The notes: generated from the letters alone by a model not told the origin. A stretch of DNA of 64,000 bases from an uncultured virus (IMG/VR IMGVR_UViG_3300037067_002170) (IMGVR_UViG_3300037067_002170:1-64000), one strand, 5' to 3'; positions 18,598 through 29,853 are shown, counted from the first letter of the stretch. Program-made: numbers and translations.

Positions 18598-20161
18598 TAT
18601 ATCTATCCCTTTCATCTTCGCTATGGAATATTTTATTATTGAAAGACTTGTATGTTGATTGTGTAAAACAATCACTACATAAATACACATCATCATGTGT
18701 AGTGAAAGACTTGTCTACATGAATACACTCCTCACACTCTTCACATATTACGAGATACCTGTCCGCACACCTCTGGCAGTACTGGTTGCCTTCAGAGTCC
18801 CCGGTCCTAGGCTCGTTGTCTCCACATCTAGACCCAGATATGAAATTGCACTCGCAATGGCTACAAGTAAATCCTATATCACTAAAGCACGATTCGCATA
18901 TATATGAGCCATTTTCAATGCAAATACGATAATCGTCATGTGTGCCCTCTCCGCAATGGCCACAATAGAATGCAAACCCAGAGAAGCAGTCTTCGCAATA
19001 TGGGCCGCTACCGTCGTTCACATAACATGCATCGTCTTCACTAATTCCACGTTCACATTCTTCACACCTATATCCATCAGTAGCGCAATCACAACACGCA
19101 TATCCGGCCTCATGTCCATCAATATCTCCTCCACACTCCAGACAAGTTCCCTCCTTAAACCGGAAGAATGTTTGCTCTGGCGTTCCCTTGACGATAGACA
19201 TAATTCCGTAGCCATAGTCTAGATAACCACTTCCATCGTTACAGCAATCATTGCCTTGCAAGGTGAGCTTTCCGCTCCGCTTGGTCCACTTAGCTATGGA
19301 CGACCTTCCCTCCCCACCAAACAGATCGTAGTTGTCATCAGGCAGCAACTTCTGTTGGATGTGGTCCCGCACTAGCAACAGATCGCTATCAAAGATGGAG
19401 CCGTACTCTCTACCCTGAAACACAGCATTAGGGTTGATGTACACCACACACCTACCCTCCTTGAAGTTCAAGTTCTCAGGCTTAGCTGTGTACATGATAG
19501 CCACACAGTCACTAGCAAGATAGCTCAAGATCGTATTGGCATACTCACCATCCGGCCTGATACATGAAGTGAAACCACAGAACTCGTGGTTGCCATCTGA
19601 TGCGGTAATAAAATCGAACGGATTGAGCGATAACACAGCCACCCTGCCATTCTTAACGTAATCTCCATACCACACGTGGAACTTATGGATGTCTTCTTCG
19701 GCGCTAGATTGGTTGGTCTCCATGTTCAATGGATGTAGAATCTTTGCTTCTCCGCAACATTTGGCAAAGAAAGTATTAGTGCAATCGCGTCTCCATTGCA
19801 CACAAGCATCCTTAACTAGATCTCCCCACATGGACTGGATGATCTTCGTTACCCTGATCTTGTTCTTTTCTTTCCACATAAACTGGAGATCAAGAAAGCG
19901 GTACTTGTGTTCGGATAAGCGCTCTATGTCTTGGAGCAATCCCACCGCCAAGGGCCTAGTATCAGCTGTATTGGCAAGATTAAATACTTTTCGGTATCCA
20001 TCCTTCTCTCCGATTCCCAGTGCATCGAGTATCCATTGTTTGTTAATGTAGTGCCTGTTGAGCACATCGCCCAAATAGGCAGTTGGTAATCCATAATAAA
20101 CCAATACTTGCTTGCAGTTAGTCTGAATATTCTCCTTACTGTTCATCTCTAGCACGTTCAT
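18536..20161 (-). CDS. Hypothetical protein with C-terminal tandem CxxC zinc-ribbon repeats
   Basis: Ten CxxC motifs in a ~34-aa paired period; N-terminal domain with S.NP.DF...S....FTSC motif. Confidence 0.75.
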   Translation of the reverse strand: MNVLEMNSKENIQTNCKQVLVYYGLPTAYLGDVLNRHYINKQWILDALGIGEKDGYRKVFNLANTADTRPLAVGLLQDIERLSEHKYRFLDLQFMWKEKNKIRVTKIIQSMWGDLVKDACVQWRRDCTNTFFAKCCGEAKILHPLNMETNQSSAEEDIHKFHVWYGDYVKNGRVAVLSLNPFDFITASDGNHEFCGFTSCIRPDGEYANTILSYLASDCVAIMYTAKPENLNFKEGRCVVYINPNAVFQGREYGSIFDSDLLLVRDHIQQKLLPDDNYDLFGGEGRSSIAKWTKRSGKLTLQGNDCCNDGSGYLDYGYGIMSIVKGTPEQTFFRFKEGTCLECGGDIDGHEAGYACCDCATDGYRCEECERGISEDDACYVNDGSGPYCEDCFSGFAFYCGHCGEGTHDDYRICIENGSYICESCFSDIGFTCSHCECNFISGSRCGDNEPRTGDSEGNQYCQRCADRYLVICEECEECIHVDKSFTTHDDVYLCSDCFTQSTYKSFNNKIFHSEDERDRYNEENASINGQDHGEKVAACG

Positions 20162-20836
20162 TTCTTCCCTCCCCACACTTGGTAATATCCAAGATTATAA
20201 TCCCACTTTACACTCTCAATAGCAATATTGTGATTTTTAGAGAAATCTGCCATTGCTTTCTCTAGGGTCCAAAAATAAGCTGGATAGTTTTTTACTATCA
20301 TTTCTTCCTCCTGAATTCCAAACATCCACCTTTGCGTGGAACACAGATTCCGATGAGTTTGCACTTCTTGGCAACCCTCTCTCGGCAATCCTTACAGTAT
20401 TCTGGTGCAACCGGCTTCTCCTGCTTTTCTGATTCATTCATAGGCATACACTTGTCCTTTCGCTACTCGTTAGCTCGATTGTTTATTCCTTCCTGCATCA
20501 TCAGCGCAAGCAGTATAGCGTGGGTGGGGGAGGAGTAGGACTTCTTGAAAATAATCAGGGTTCATGGTCGGCCTCCTTTATGATTTGTACTACATCGCAA
20601 CCATTATTACCATCTGTCATTATTCTCAGATCACCTTTGTGGTGTTTTGTAGCATCTTGAAAACGAAAACCTTGACAGTCTTATCTCGCTGTGGACATTC
20701 TTAATCATCCCCTTGCCGCCCTTGGACAGCACTACAGCTTTGAGCGCAGCAGCCAAACCAAATTCAAGGGGGGTGCTTAATACGCACTCTTGTTTACCGC
20801 TATAAACCTTCATCCCTTCTCCCCTCTCTCCTTCAT

Positions 20837-21148
20837 CTAGATCGCCAAGTGGATCAAGGCATCGGTTGGGTTGATGTCGAACATTGGATTACTACCTGGC
20901 CCCACATGAGCAACTGTAGTTCCATCTTTTTCCTTAAACATATGCGCTTCCGGCAACTCCCTCCACATCTCAGCGAGGGAAGGGGCGGGGACGCTAGGAA
21001 CGTTAGAATAACGGAGCCTAAACTCCAATCTATCAAATAGCTCATACTGTCCGCAGAAGTCTACCCATACGCAATCCGTCTCCATCACAATACCCGCAGC
21101 TTGTAGTGCTTGGCAGGACTCAAGGGTTCCGTAGTTGTCAGCGTTCAT
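20837..21148 (-). CDS. Hypothetical protein
   Basis: GGAGG RBS; ATGA overlap with the upstream gene. Confidence 0.55.
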   Translation of the reverse strand: MNADNYGTLESCQALQAAGIVMETDCVWVDFCGQYELFDRLEFRLRYSNVPSVPAPSLAEMWRELPEAHMFKEKDGTTVAHVGPGSNPMFDINPTDALIHLAI

Positions 21149-23184
21149 TTGATTACCTCCACCTTATGCCAACCTTTATCGGCAAGACTATAAGCGTAAT
21201 CTTCTGCCCATTCTCTTGCAGAAATATCCAGATCTTTACTATCTTCAAATACCTGTTTCACAACCATCGTTTCCTGCGTTTCGGGGTCAGTGTATGTAAT
21301 CTTAAAGTTCATTTGGTTCACTCCCACATCTTGCACAGACCATTAAGTTTGCACCGTTCCAGTGACCACAGCCACAGTACCAATGATGATCTGCTTGGTT
21401 GGAAAGTATGTCTGCTATTTGCTGCAACTTCTCAGTTATCTTTTCAAGCCAGTGCTCATTCATATTTCCCTCCTTAAAAGGTCACGGGCATGATTTATCA
21501 TTCGTTTCTACCTCCATTCTTAGCAATAGACTCTATGCATTGAGTCCATAGTCCCTCCTTATGCGCTTTAAGTGTCCAATATGCCTGTTCCATCATGGCC
21601 GCATCAACTTGAGCGATGCGTACTTGCCATAGGTTAGGATCTTCGCTACTCAGAATGTTGCACATAGAGCGTTTTCCTTCTAACCATTCGGTTGCTTCTT
21701 GTCTATCCATTTATGTCTTCTCCTTCCTCAGCCACCAATGGAAAGGGTCAAATACAAAGCACGCTGCTATCCTAAAATCCCATCCTGATTCCATGCCTCT
21801 ACCTTCTTTGAACAGGTTATGGCAAACAGGCTCCGTGCATTCATATACCCATCCCCAGGGGACTCTGCATCTACGGCGGTAGCTATCTATCTCTTCCCAG
21901 TTCATACTCCCTCCTTCTGCCCAAGGGCTTCACAGGCAATTATCAATCGCTATATATCCTTTTTTAACGAGGTTGCTTCTTACCCGTGGAGACAAAGTTT
22001 TTGATGTGCCGGGGCCAGTATTGATCGGATGTTGTAACCAAAAATGATGCGACGAAGAACTTTCCCGTCTTTCGCTGAATATCCACCCTTTGGCAATTAA
22101 CTTTTCGGCCTCTGTTGTGGAAATGAGCTTTAAGCAATCAAAATAATGTGGATTTGTACGTTTCATGCCCCCTCCTTCTGCTCAAGATGTTTCCACGCCT
22201 CATCTTCCTCCGGCGTATCCCAATCTCTTGTTATGGGATCAGTGAGCTTCTCAAGGGCGGCTTTGATGATTCTTCCCACAAGCACCCAATCCCTACCAGC
22301 GGCAAACGCTTTCTCCAACGCTTCCCTCAGAGCCGTGTTCTCGAGCTGTAACTGGTCACACATAGTCACAGTTTCCATACGCCGTTCACCTAACTCCCGC
22401 ACCCTCACCTTGAGGGCGGTGACATCCTTGACATGATCGTTAAAGCTCACATATCCCCCGAGTTCTTGCTCTTTTCCGTATCCCCATAATGAATATCTTT
22501 TCATATCTCCTCCTTCACATTCCATTTCTTCAACACATCAAGAGCTGCCCCTGGCCTATATCTCAATAGCTTCTTATACTGGCGATAGGCAAACTCACTC
22601 GATAGCGTGAACGTGTACTTTTTGCCATCAATCAACACACTCACATGATACAACCCATCGTTTATCAAGGACAGCTCTTGGAGTTTCATGATTATTTCCT
22701 CCCAATGATTTTAAGCCCAGAAACGAATCGTTCTAATAGCTTGTCGTGGTGTTTTTCTCTATACTCAACGTCGGTTAGTCCTCCATACTTGGCCATATGC
22801 CTAAGGTCGGATTGCGAATAGATTCTTTTCTGTTTTTTCTTCTTCACGCCATTACCTCGCAAAGTATTGAATCACCATCCCAAATGCATACCCGCAGCAA
22901 TAGCCGATAAACATCACTATCAGTAAGTCAATCGAGAGTTGTACTTTGTCCTTTCTGTTCCAGAAGTTTCTCATCGCATCCTCCTATACCAACTTCAACT
23001 GGCAGAGCTTGAGGTTGTAGATCGCTAACTCCATATGTGCTGTGGCCTGTACAAAGCACAACTCAGCTTCTCTGTTGGCGTTGTTCTCGAACACCTCATC
23101 AACATCATCCTCTCGATCGCCAAAGAGCATGTCGCACCTGAGATCTTCGATGTCCGCTACCCACTCGTCGATGTATCCCTTCAT
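21145..23184 (-). other. Array of small early-type hypothetical ORFs (21145-21336, 21498-21710, 21711-21905, 21930-22166, 22163-22525, 22501-22689, 22984-23184)
   Basis: Consecutive short minus-strand ORFs, most with GGAGG-type RBS and stop/start overlaps; no recognisable domains. Confidence 0.55.
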
Positions 23185-23354
23185 GTTGCCCTCCTTATCT
23201 CGTTCATCTGTGCAGCTTTGATAAACACCATCGTTTTTCCCTCTACCGATCTCCTACCCAACCTCATGATCTCGTTCCGCTTCTCTCGATGATTCTCTTT
23301 ACGCAATACAATCATCATCCGCTTCATCTTGTCGTCTGCACTCATGTCGTCCTC

Positions 23355-23768
23355 CTATTGTATGGTTCGTTTTACAAAGTCCACACCTTCGCTGTAATAG
23401 CCGTTACTTGTTCCATACCACTTTAGGGTTACGAATCCTTTTGCGGTAGAAATGGAGTAGAATGTCCAAGTGAATGAGTCATCGGGTATAATTTTATCAT
23501 TGTCTGCATAGCTCTTATATCCCTTTGGATTATCTTGGTTGGTGCTCTCGTAAGCATCTAGCACAACTGAGTTAATTAGATCATCGAGATCTCCAACGAT
23601 ATCCTCAAGCTCTACCTGTTCACAACAATCCTGTTGATGATACATTTCATACACTACACCATCATCGCAATGGAACACAAGCATATCGTCTGTGTTATCA
23701 ATCTTAGTAATGGTCTTTCCAACAAGATCCTCGATTTTATCCCTACTATACATTTTCATATCCTCCAT
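23355..23768 (-). CDS. Conserved phage hypothetical protein (H.QDCCE.V / WTFY / W.G.SNGYYS family)
   Basis: MYHQQDCCEQV, TWTFYSI and WYGTSNGYYSE motifs, which recur in phage hypothetical proteins. Confidence 0.7.
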   Translation of the reverse strand: MEDMKMYSRDKIEDLVGKTITKIDNTDDMLVFHCDDGVVYEMYHQQDCCEQVELEDIVGDLDDLINSVVLDAYESTNQDNPKGYKSYADNDKIIPDDSFTWTFYSISTAKGFVTLKWYGTSNGYYSEGVDFVKRTIQ

Positions 23769-23803
23769 TATATAATCCCTCCAGAGAGCCGAGGCCGATC
23801 CCC

Positions 23804-23813
23804 NNNNNNNNNN
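23804..23813. other. Assembly gap (10 N)
   Basis: Run of n in the sequence. Confidence 1.
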
Positions 23814-24104
23814 ACTCCCCGGAGGTGGTTAGCGTTATAATCCCTTACGTTCCAGTAGTTGGCTCAACCGATAGTATCCACCATCGCCTTGAGGTACATC
23901 AGCAAAATCAAGGCATTCACCATAGAATTTAGTGGCCTGGTAAACTGGTCCATCGTCATTCTCCGACACCCATATCTGATAATCACCGACATTAAAAAAC
24001 CTACGCCACATATTAATTCCTCCTTGTTTTATTTTAGTGTTGTGGTGCTATAAACTAGGCTGGAAGCCTAAGCCTCCAACCTAGCGTGTAGAACTCAACA
24101 GCTA

Positions 24105-24377
24105 TTACGCCTTGGCGTACAGATCCTTGGCGCTATTGACGATAGGATCTTCAATGACAACGATCGTCTTGGTGATGGGAGCTTCTGCCTTCACGAGCCA
24201 GTAGTACAGATCCGGCGCAGCACTCTTGGCGATGGTACAGCTCAGCCCGTAATCCCTATTGGCAATAGGACCAACAGCCTGGAGTTTGATCGTGCTGGAA
24301 CCCTCGGTGCGTGCCTGGATTACCGTATAGATTTTGTCCGTGTTCGCCATCGTGTTTACTCTAAGTGCCTTCTTCAT
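24105..24377 (-). CDS. Hypothetical protein followed by a terminator-like hairpin (about 24055-24084)
   Basis: GAGGAG RBS; strongly biased codon usage; CTAGG...CCTAG hairpin downstream. Confidence 0.65.
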   Translation of the reverse strand: MKKALRVNTMANTDKIYTVIQARTEGSSTIKLQAVGPIANRDYGLSCTIAKSAAPDLYYWLVKAEAPITKTIVVIEDPIVNSAKDLYAKA

Positions 24378-24416
24378 AATATTCTCCTCTATAGATTTGG
24401 GTTAGTTGTTTATTCC

Positions 24417-24983
24417 TTATCCAGCGGTGTATACTTTCGATGGAATAATCCAAGGCCGCGCTTCCGAAGTCACCTCCCTTCCTGTTACCTTCGCTATATA
24501 CTCTACCTGCCCTTCTGTTTCAACTACCTGTCTGCAATAGACAGTACGAACATACTCGACTGGGCAAATATCCTCGGGGATCAACCCGAGCAAGCATCCT
24601 ATGATGCATAACGCTGTACCGGTTCTTCCATGCCCACCATCACAGATGAATACTAGGCTCATGGCCTCCTTTCTAGCCTGTATTAGCTCTGCAAACTCAA
24701 CCCAGAATATGGGATGCACTCTTGGTATCCCGCCGTCAGGCCATGCGATCTTCACAAACTTCCCCGTGTTGTATTTCTCTAGCGCCTTGAACGCTCCGTT
24801 GCACTCTATAGTCTTGCCGTAGTTATCAGCAAGATCTATAATTATATCCTGCTTCTCGAACACCGGACACCTGTTCCTTCCGGCACCATAAATCTCTAAG
24901 TCACCGCTTGCGAAGGTCAATACGCTACCCTCATGGCACGATGGTTTCTTTTCCTTTGTCCAGTCTTCCCATGATTGGAACAT
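24417..24983 (-). CDS. Protein-tyrosine/dual-specificity phosphatase family (CX5R)
   Basis: WPDGG loop, CDGGHGRTG P-loop, VETEGQ Q-loop. Confidence 0.85.
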   Translation of the reverse strand: MFQSWEDWTKEKKPSCHEGSVLTFASGDLEIYGAGRNRCPVFEKQDIIIDLADNYGKTIECNGAFKALEKYNTGKFVKIAWPDGGIPRVHPIFWVEFAELIQARKEAMSLVFICDGGHGRTGTALCIIGCLLGLIPEDICPVEYVRTVYCRQVVETEGQVEYIAKVTGREVTSEARPWIIPSKVYTAG

Positions 24984-24987
24984 CAGT

Positions 24988-26295
24988 TCATCCTCCTTTG
25001 CTTGCTATTGCAAGTGGTGCAGTTATGGGTTCACAGGCAAGCCATTGTGTATTTGTGGCAAGCATCGCGGACGGATTGATAGAAATCAGCATACTGGGTA
25101 ACACAGCCACACTTTTGGCTTGTTTAGCATAACATGCTTTGCATTGCGGACAATCACAATCGGGGTCTGGTACGAACTCGTCATCACCATCGGACCTTGG
25201 ATCATCCTTTGGATCGTTCACTACCAACACCAGCTTTTTGTTGCCATACTCAATGTTGTGAGTTAGGTTAAGCGTTGTACTGACCGGGTAATCTTTGACC
25301 TCAACGAGTCCCTTTCCGGCTGCATCCTGGATGAAATCAAGACATTCTTTGGTCACCGGTATGTACAGATGAGCAGCGGCCTCTATAGGATCGCCATTGG
25401 CCTTCCCCCTCCGTTCAAGAAAGGCATCTATCCTGCGGATACATACACCATTCGCTTTGTATTCATATTCATCGGTCAGTTCGTCCTCGAAGAAGATAGG
25501 TTTGTTGAATATGGTTCCATTGTTATGTTGAAGGTGCACAATGCTATCAATAAACACCCTGTCAGATATTGAGCCATACTGCCTACCTGCACCAGCTAAA
25601 TGCCCCCACTTCTTCCCACCAAACGAACCTTCGTCTCCCCACCTTACCTCATTGAAAGCTTTTTCCATAAGCTCCAGTGCATACATCGGATCGTATTCAG
25701 ATGCTCTCAAATACACCGTGTGTCTGTGTCTTTCCCTATTGTCACCATTATTCGGTGGCAGTAACTCAGGGAACACATACTCTTCTCGTGTTTGCGCTTT
25801 CGAGTGCCTCGACTCACCCATACACACGAATACCGTGTAGTCGAAGAGCATTTTAGCAAACACCTTCTCGAACTGTTTGGTGTACGCCCTGAATTGAAAG
25901 GAATTATATCCCTTAGTCTCTAGCTCTATAAGGATATAGAACGTAGCTGCAAACGAGAGCAACCTCTGCCTGGGGCTCGAAAGTATTTGCATCAAGGGAT
26001 TATTCATCATGCTGTTGTATTCAGAGATTGTAAGTAATAGCGCTGGCATCTTATCTGCCGGAACAATAAACTCTTCGGTATTCAGATGGTAACTGCTCCC
26101 CCTGACATATAGCATATTTGTTTTCATCTCTGGACAATTGCAAGATTCCAGCCTAAAACCATTACTAGCTGTAAAAGAGTTGCCTGCGCCAACGAACTTA
26201 CTGCCTGTGAATTTTTGTTCCGTAATGGTTACCTTGAATCCGTTAGCCTTTGGCCTGCATTGCTTAAAACTGATAGCTAAATATACTTCATCCAT
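24988..26295 (-). CDS. Two-domain hypothetical protein (N-terminal domain shared with 27417-28082)
   Basis: AAGGAGG RBS; C-terminal part has FGGKKW...FID..VHLQHNNG..FNK motif and CDCPQCKAC. Confidence 0.7.
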   Translation of the reverse strand: MDEVYLAISFKQCRPKANGFKVTITEQKFTGSKFVGAGNSFTASNGFRLESCNCPEMKTNMLYVRGSSYHLNTEEFIVPADKMPALLLTISEYNSMMNNPLMQILSSPRQRLLSFAATFYILIELETKGYNSFQFRAYTKQFEKVFAKMLFDYTVFVCMGESRHSKAQTREEYVFPELLPPNNGDNRERHRHTVYLRASEYDPMYALELMEKAFNEVRWGDEGSFGGKKWGHLAGAGRQYGSISDRVFIDSIVHLQHNNGTIFNKPIFFEDELTDEYEYKANGVCIRRIDAFLERRGKANGDPIEAAAHLYIPVTKECLDFIQDAAGKGLVEVKDYPVSTTLNLTHNIEYGNKKLVLVVNDPKDDPRSDGDDEFVPDPDCDCPQCKACYAKQAKSVAVLPSMLISINPSAMLATNTQWLACEPITAPLAIASKGG

Positions 26296-26373
26296 GTGTA
26301 CCTCCTTCCCCATGCTCGCTGACTTTCCTTGGTCTCATTTCACACCTCCAGTTATTATTCACCAGCCCAATTG

Positions 26374-27345
26374 CTAGCGTATTTCTCCATACATCTCGTT
26401 GTAATCACTAAAGCTATTGTTATAGTCGACACACACATCCAAGCAGTTCTTGGAGCATATCTTATCACAGTGTGTATCGTGGTTAAGAAACCAAGACAAT
26501 CTCTCGTTATACATGTTAAGCCCAACCTTACCAATGGGTCTACCTGACTCTCTCATGTAGATAATACACGGATAGTGATACTCATGGTTAATGGCGATAT
26601 CATCAATCACCAGCCCACAGCGATCCGAGTCAGATTTACGCAGCCCCCTCACGCTCTTATTGTCCATTATGTTCTGAACTCGATAAGCAAGTATTGGGCA
26701 TTTGCGGAGTATATCGTGCTTAACAGACAACCCACACAACGACTCACCCTCTTGTGCTGCTGGGATTATCCGTATATCGTATACCCCAAGATCATAAGCA
26801 AACTGGATAGTCTCGCTTGCTTTGGCCATATTGTTCTCTGTCAGCACGATACCTACAGTGGTGTATGATTTCTTGGATAGATGCTCAATGTTGTGAATTA
26901 TCTTCTCCCATGATCCCTTGATCCCACCATTCATGAACTCGACATCCTCAGCACAGCAAGCATCGAGGGAGATGGAGAAATCATTAACTCCACAATCTAT
27001 CAAGTGCTCATATAAGCTCGTGTCCGCAGAACCATTGGTGGACAATGCAATACGATTCACCTTCAGCCTCTTGGCCAACATACAAAGCTTATCAAGCCCA
27101 TCATACAGCGTTGGCTCCCCACCAGAGAACCTGATCGCCTTGACACCTCTTGAGGACATCATCGCAAGGTCAAGACACACATCCATGTAATCCATATCTG
27201 GACCACCAACATTACGACAATACTTGCATTTGAAGTTGCACCTCGATGTAAGCACTATCTCACATCGTGATACTGGGGTCAAGTGTGATGCCGTTGCCGC
27301 CCTCGCATCACTCAACGTATAAAATCCTATCTCTTCTAGCTTCAT
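26374..27345 (-). CDS. Radical SAM protein (MoaA/SPASM-twitch-like)
   Basis: CNFKCKYC, FSGGEP, STNG, SISLD; C-terminal Cys cluster (C...YPC...C...C...C). Confidence 0.9.
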   Translation of the reverse strand: MKLEEIGFYTLSDARAATASHLTPVSRCEIVLTSRCNFKCKYCRNVGGPDMDYMDVCLDLAMMSSRGVKAIRFSGGEPTLYDGLDKLCMLAKRLKVNRIALSTNGSADTSLYEHLIDCGVNDFSISLDACCAEDVEFMNGGIKGSWEKIIHNIEHLSKKSYTTVGIVLTENNMAKASETIQFAYDLGVYDIRIIPAAQEGESLCGLSVKHDILRKCPILAYRVQNIMDNKSVRGLRKSDSDRCGLVIDDIAINHEYHYPCIIYMRESGRPIGKVGLNMYNERLSWFLNHDTHCDKICSKNCLDVCVDYNNSFSDYNEMYGEIR

Positions 27346-27416
27346 AACTACCTCCTTTTGTTAGCGTTATACGATGGATACGAAGCCCATAATCTCCTCG
27401 TACCCATCCCATAATG

Positions 27417-28082
27417 CTACATTCCTTTCCAGTAGTTCTCGTTGATGAACTCCTTGAGATCTCTGATCTTGTTCGATGTTTCCATGTATGCCGATTCATA
27501 TGTTGAGCATATGCCATGCTTGTCCTTGTACGTGCAACCTTCACAAGCATTGCCGTTAAGAACACAGAACGGACAAGTGTCAATTCCCATTGGTACGCAG
27601 CCCAGCAAGCCAGTCATGAGCCTGACCTTTGCTTTCATTGCGCTATCCATATCTGTTGATTGGTTGATGTTGGTTGCAAAGGTGGCGAAGATGCTTGCTG
27701 CCCTTGATGCGATATCTTTTGAGTAAGAGACAATCCCGTCCTTCTGCGATTGTGTGAGTGCTACAACCTTGGGCCTGGCCATTACCTCGTTGTACTCGTT
27801 GATGGTAACGAGCAGCTTATCGAACAAGTTCTTGTCGGTGGTCGATATTGTTTTGTTGTCATCGTGCCGGCAATTTCCCCTGACATACATGGTCGACCAG
27901 CCATCAGGTCCGTGAAGTTGGGGAGCCCCCACAGACTTAAGAATCGTCCCGTTGCTTCCACTAAAGGAAGCAGCCCCTTTGTAAAAGTTGCCCCTCTCGT
28001 ATTTCTGTTTCACGATCTTCATATAGCCTTCACCCTTGATCTCGCTCCACTCTGCCTGCACTACTAACGCCCTGTTGTCCAT
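27417..28082 (-). CDS. Hypothetical protein: shared N-terminal domain plus C-terminal Cys cluster (CPFC....CEGC......C)
   Basis: AAGGAGG RBS; N-terminus aligns by eye with that of 24988-26295. Confidence 0.7.
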   Translation of the reverse strand: MDNRALVVQAEWSEIKGEGYMKIVKQKYERGNFYKGAASFSGSNGTILKSVGAPQLHGPDGWSTMYVRGNCRHDDNKTISTTDKNLFDKLLVTINEYNEVMARPKVVALTQSQKDGIVSYSKDIASRAASIFATFATNINQSTDMDSAMKAKVRLMTGLLGCVPMGIDTCPFCVLNGNACEGCTYKDKHGICSTYESAYMETSNKIRDLKEFINENYWKGM

Positions 28083-28093
28083 TGAGTCCTCCT

Positions 28094-28423
28094 TTACCAA
28101 CTCTTAGTGGTTATAATATTCACATACTCCCCAACAGCATAATACCTATTCGGGGAGAATGTGTCTCTCAACGCATCTTTACAGTCATCATTAGATATCC
28201 AAACGATATTGTTCTTACCATCGTACCTCATGGCCTGTGCATGACTGCCGGTGTCTCCAATAACTGGCCCATTGGCTATCCTGACCGTATCCGCTCCGTA
28301 TTGCTCCCCAACAACTAATGCACAGGCAACTGCCTTATGTCTACACACTAATTGTGATTGCGCTGTTGCACATCCCTGGGCTACAACCAGAGATGCTGCT
28401 GCAATCCAGAGATGTAGTTTCAT
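28094..28423 (-). CDS. Putative lipoprotein/exported protein
   Basis: MK + hydrophobic stretch + AQGC lipobox-like sequence; GGAGG RBS. Confidence 0.55.
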   Translation of the reverse strand: MKLHLWIAAASLVVAQGCATAQSQLVCRHKAVACALVVGEQYGADTVRIANGPVIGDTGSHAQAMRYDGKNNIVWISNDDCKDALRDTFSPNRYYAVGEYVNIITTKSW

Positions 28424-28707
28424 GGTTTATCCTCCATATATAATATCCATTAAGAGTATGGCCACAACAAGGTAGCCCATAACCAATAGCGTGTTCATTC
28501 GGCGTCCCCCTTACCAGTACTTGATTATGAAGTGAAGGGCCACATAGCCACACCCTATCTTGGCCGCCAGGACTATACATGCCCAAAGCAGCGTAAGGCA
28601 TTCGTCTACATCCATATTCAGTCCTCCTTGCCGGTGTAGTCAACATCAACACCAATTGTTACCCTGCGTGGTTCAAGGGACGGCTTCGCCAGCTCTTCCA
28701 TGAGAGC

Positions 28708-28965
28708 CTATTTAGTTGAAAAGTCCTCGGGAGACCACCCTTCCCACGTGCCATAATCGCTCCATATTGTGTACGTTAACCGGGAACTCTCCTTGATATC
28801 CAGCGTCAACTCGTTGAGCAATGATTCCAGGGAGTACTTATACCCTCTCCAGAATGTTGCCGACGTTTCGTGTCCTCGGTCATATGAGGCATCGGCTACT
28901 TGCATGGCCTCATCCTTACGCTTCTTGATATGCTCCAATAACTCTTGGCTTGCTTTGATACCCAT
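28708..28965 (-). CDS. Hypothetical protein
   Basis: GGAGG RBS; 85 aa. Confidence 0.55.
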   Translation of the reverse strand: MGIKASQELLEHIKKRKDEAMQVADASYDRGHETSATFWRGYKYSLESLLNELTLDIKESSRLTYTIWSDYGTWEGWSPEDFSTK

Positions 28966-29667
28966 GTTCAGCCCTCCGTTAATATAAAGCGTAATTTCTG
29001 TATCCTCTCGGCTGCTATAATCAGAAGATACTTTAATGCGATGTTCTCCTGTGATTCTGCCGCTTTGTTCAATGTGTCAATCAACTCATGATCTTCATTC
29101 TCAGTCCTCCCTTCCAGGCTAATTCCTCATTTACCATCCAAACATCCAGCACTTCGATTGCTCCATCATAACCAACAACCAGTACCCACTAATCCAGAAG
29201 GCGAGTTCCTGATCGTTTGCTATATCCACATCCTTCTGTAGCGGGTAACCAGTCATTGAGTTGTCCTCCCTCATTATTTATTACGCCTCACGTCAATACT
29301 CCCAGAATACACATACACGTCTTTCCATGTAGCCTTGCAGGTATTGCACACGGCTACTTGATACATCTTGCCATCTGGTTTGCAACTTGGATTATAATAT
29401 CCCAGGTCTTTACCCCTGCACATGGGGCAACCAACGAACTTCTTAATCTTCACGGCACACCTCCATGTTATAGTGTAAAGTAATGTTTATTGGCCTATCA
29501 CATCCATAAGCGCAATTCTCAGGAGACGAACAGAGACATATAAAGCATCTCCATGCTTCTCAAGAATAGCATCACTACCTTTCATCTGTTCGAGTTGCTT
29601 AAGAGCAAGCCTAATCAACATAGCTTTGTCCTCATTCATAAATGCCTCCATATCGTGTATCATGTGA

Positions 29668-29707
29668 ACTGGTGAAATTCACCACTCGACTGGTGAAAAT
29701 CACCACT
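29668..29707. promoter_or_regulatory. Tandem palindromic operator-like repeats
   Basis: ACTGGTGAAATTCACCACT (29668-29686) and ACTGGTGAAAATCACCACT (29689-29707), 21-bp period, intergenic, upstream of the leftward gene array. Confidence 0.7.
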
Positions 29708-29853
29708 TATTGCCCCGGCTGTATCCATACTTAACATTCACCATCCATACTCCACCAATCCAGTAGAGCATCGGATGTAATTACAATGTGATTACACGCA
29801 GAAAAGGGAGCCTATGGAAGCGCTCCCTAAACGGTATGACGAATTATCATACC

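Noticed and set aside
29668..29707. Mini CRISPR array (given the Cas4-like gene)
   Set aside because: Only two 19-bp units separated by 2 bp, with no spacers; the Cas4-like gene sits in a recombination module with Sak4 and SSB.
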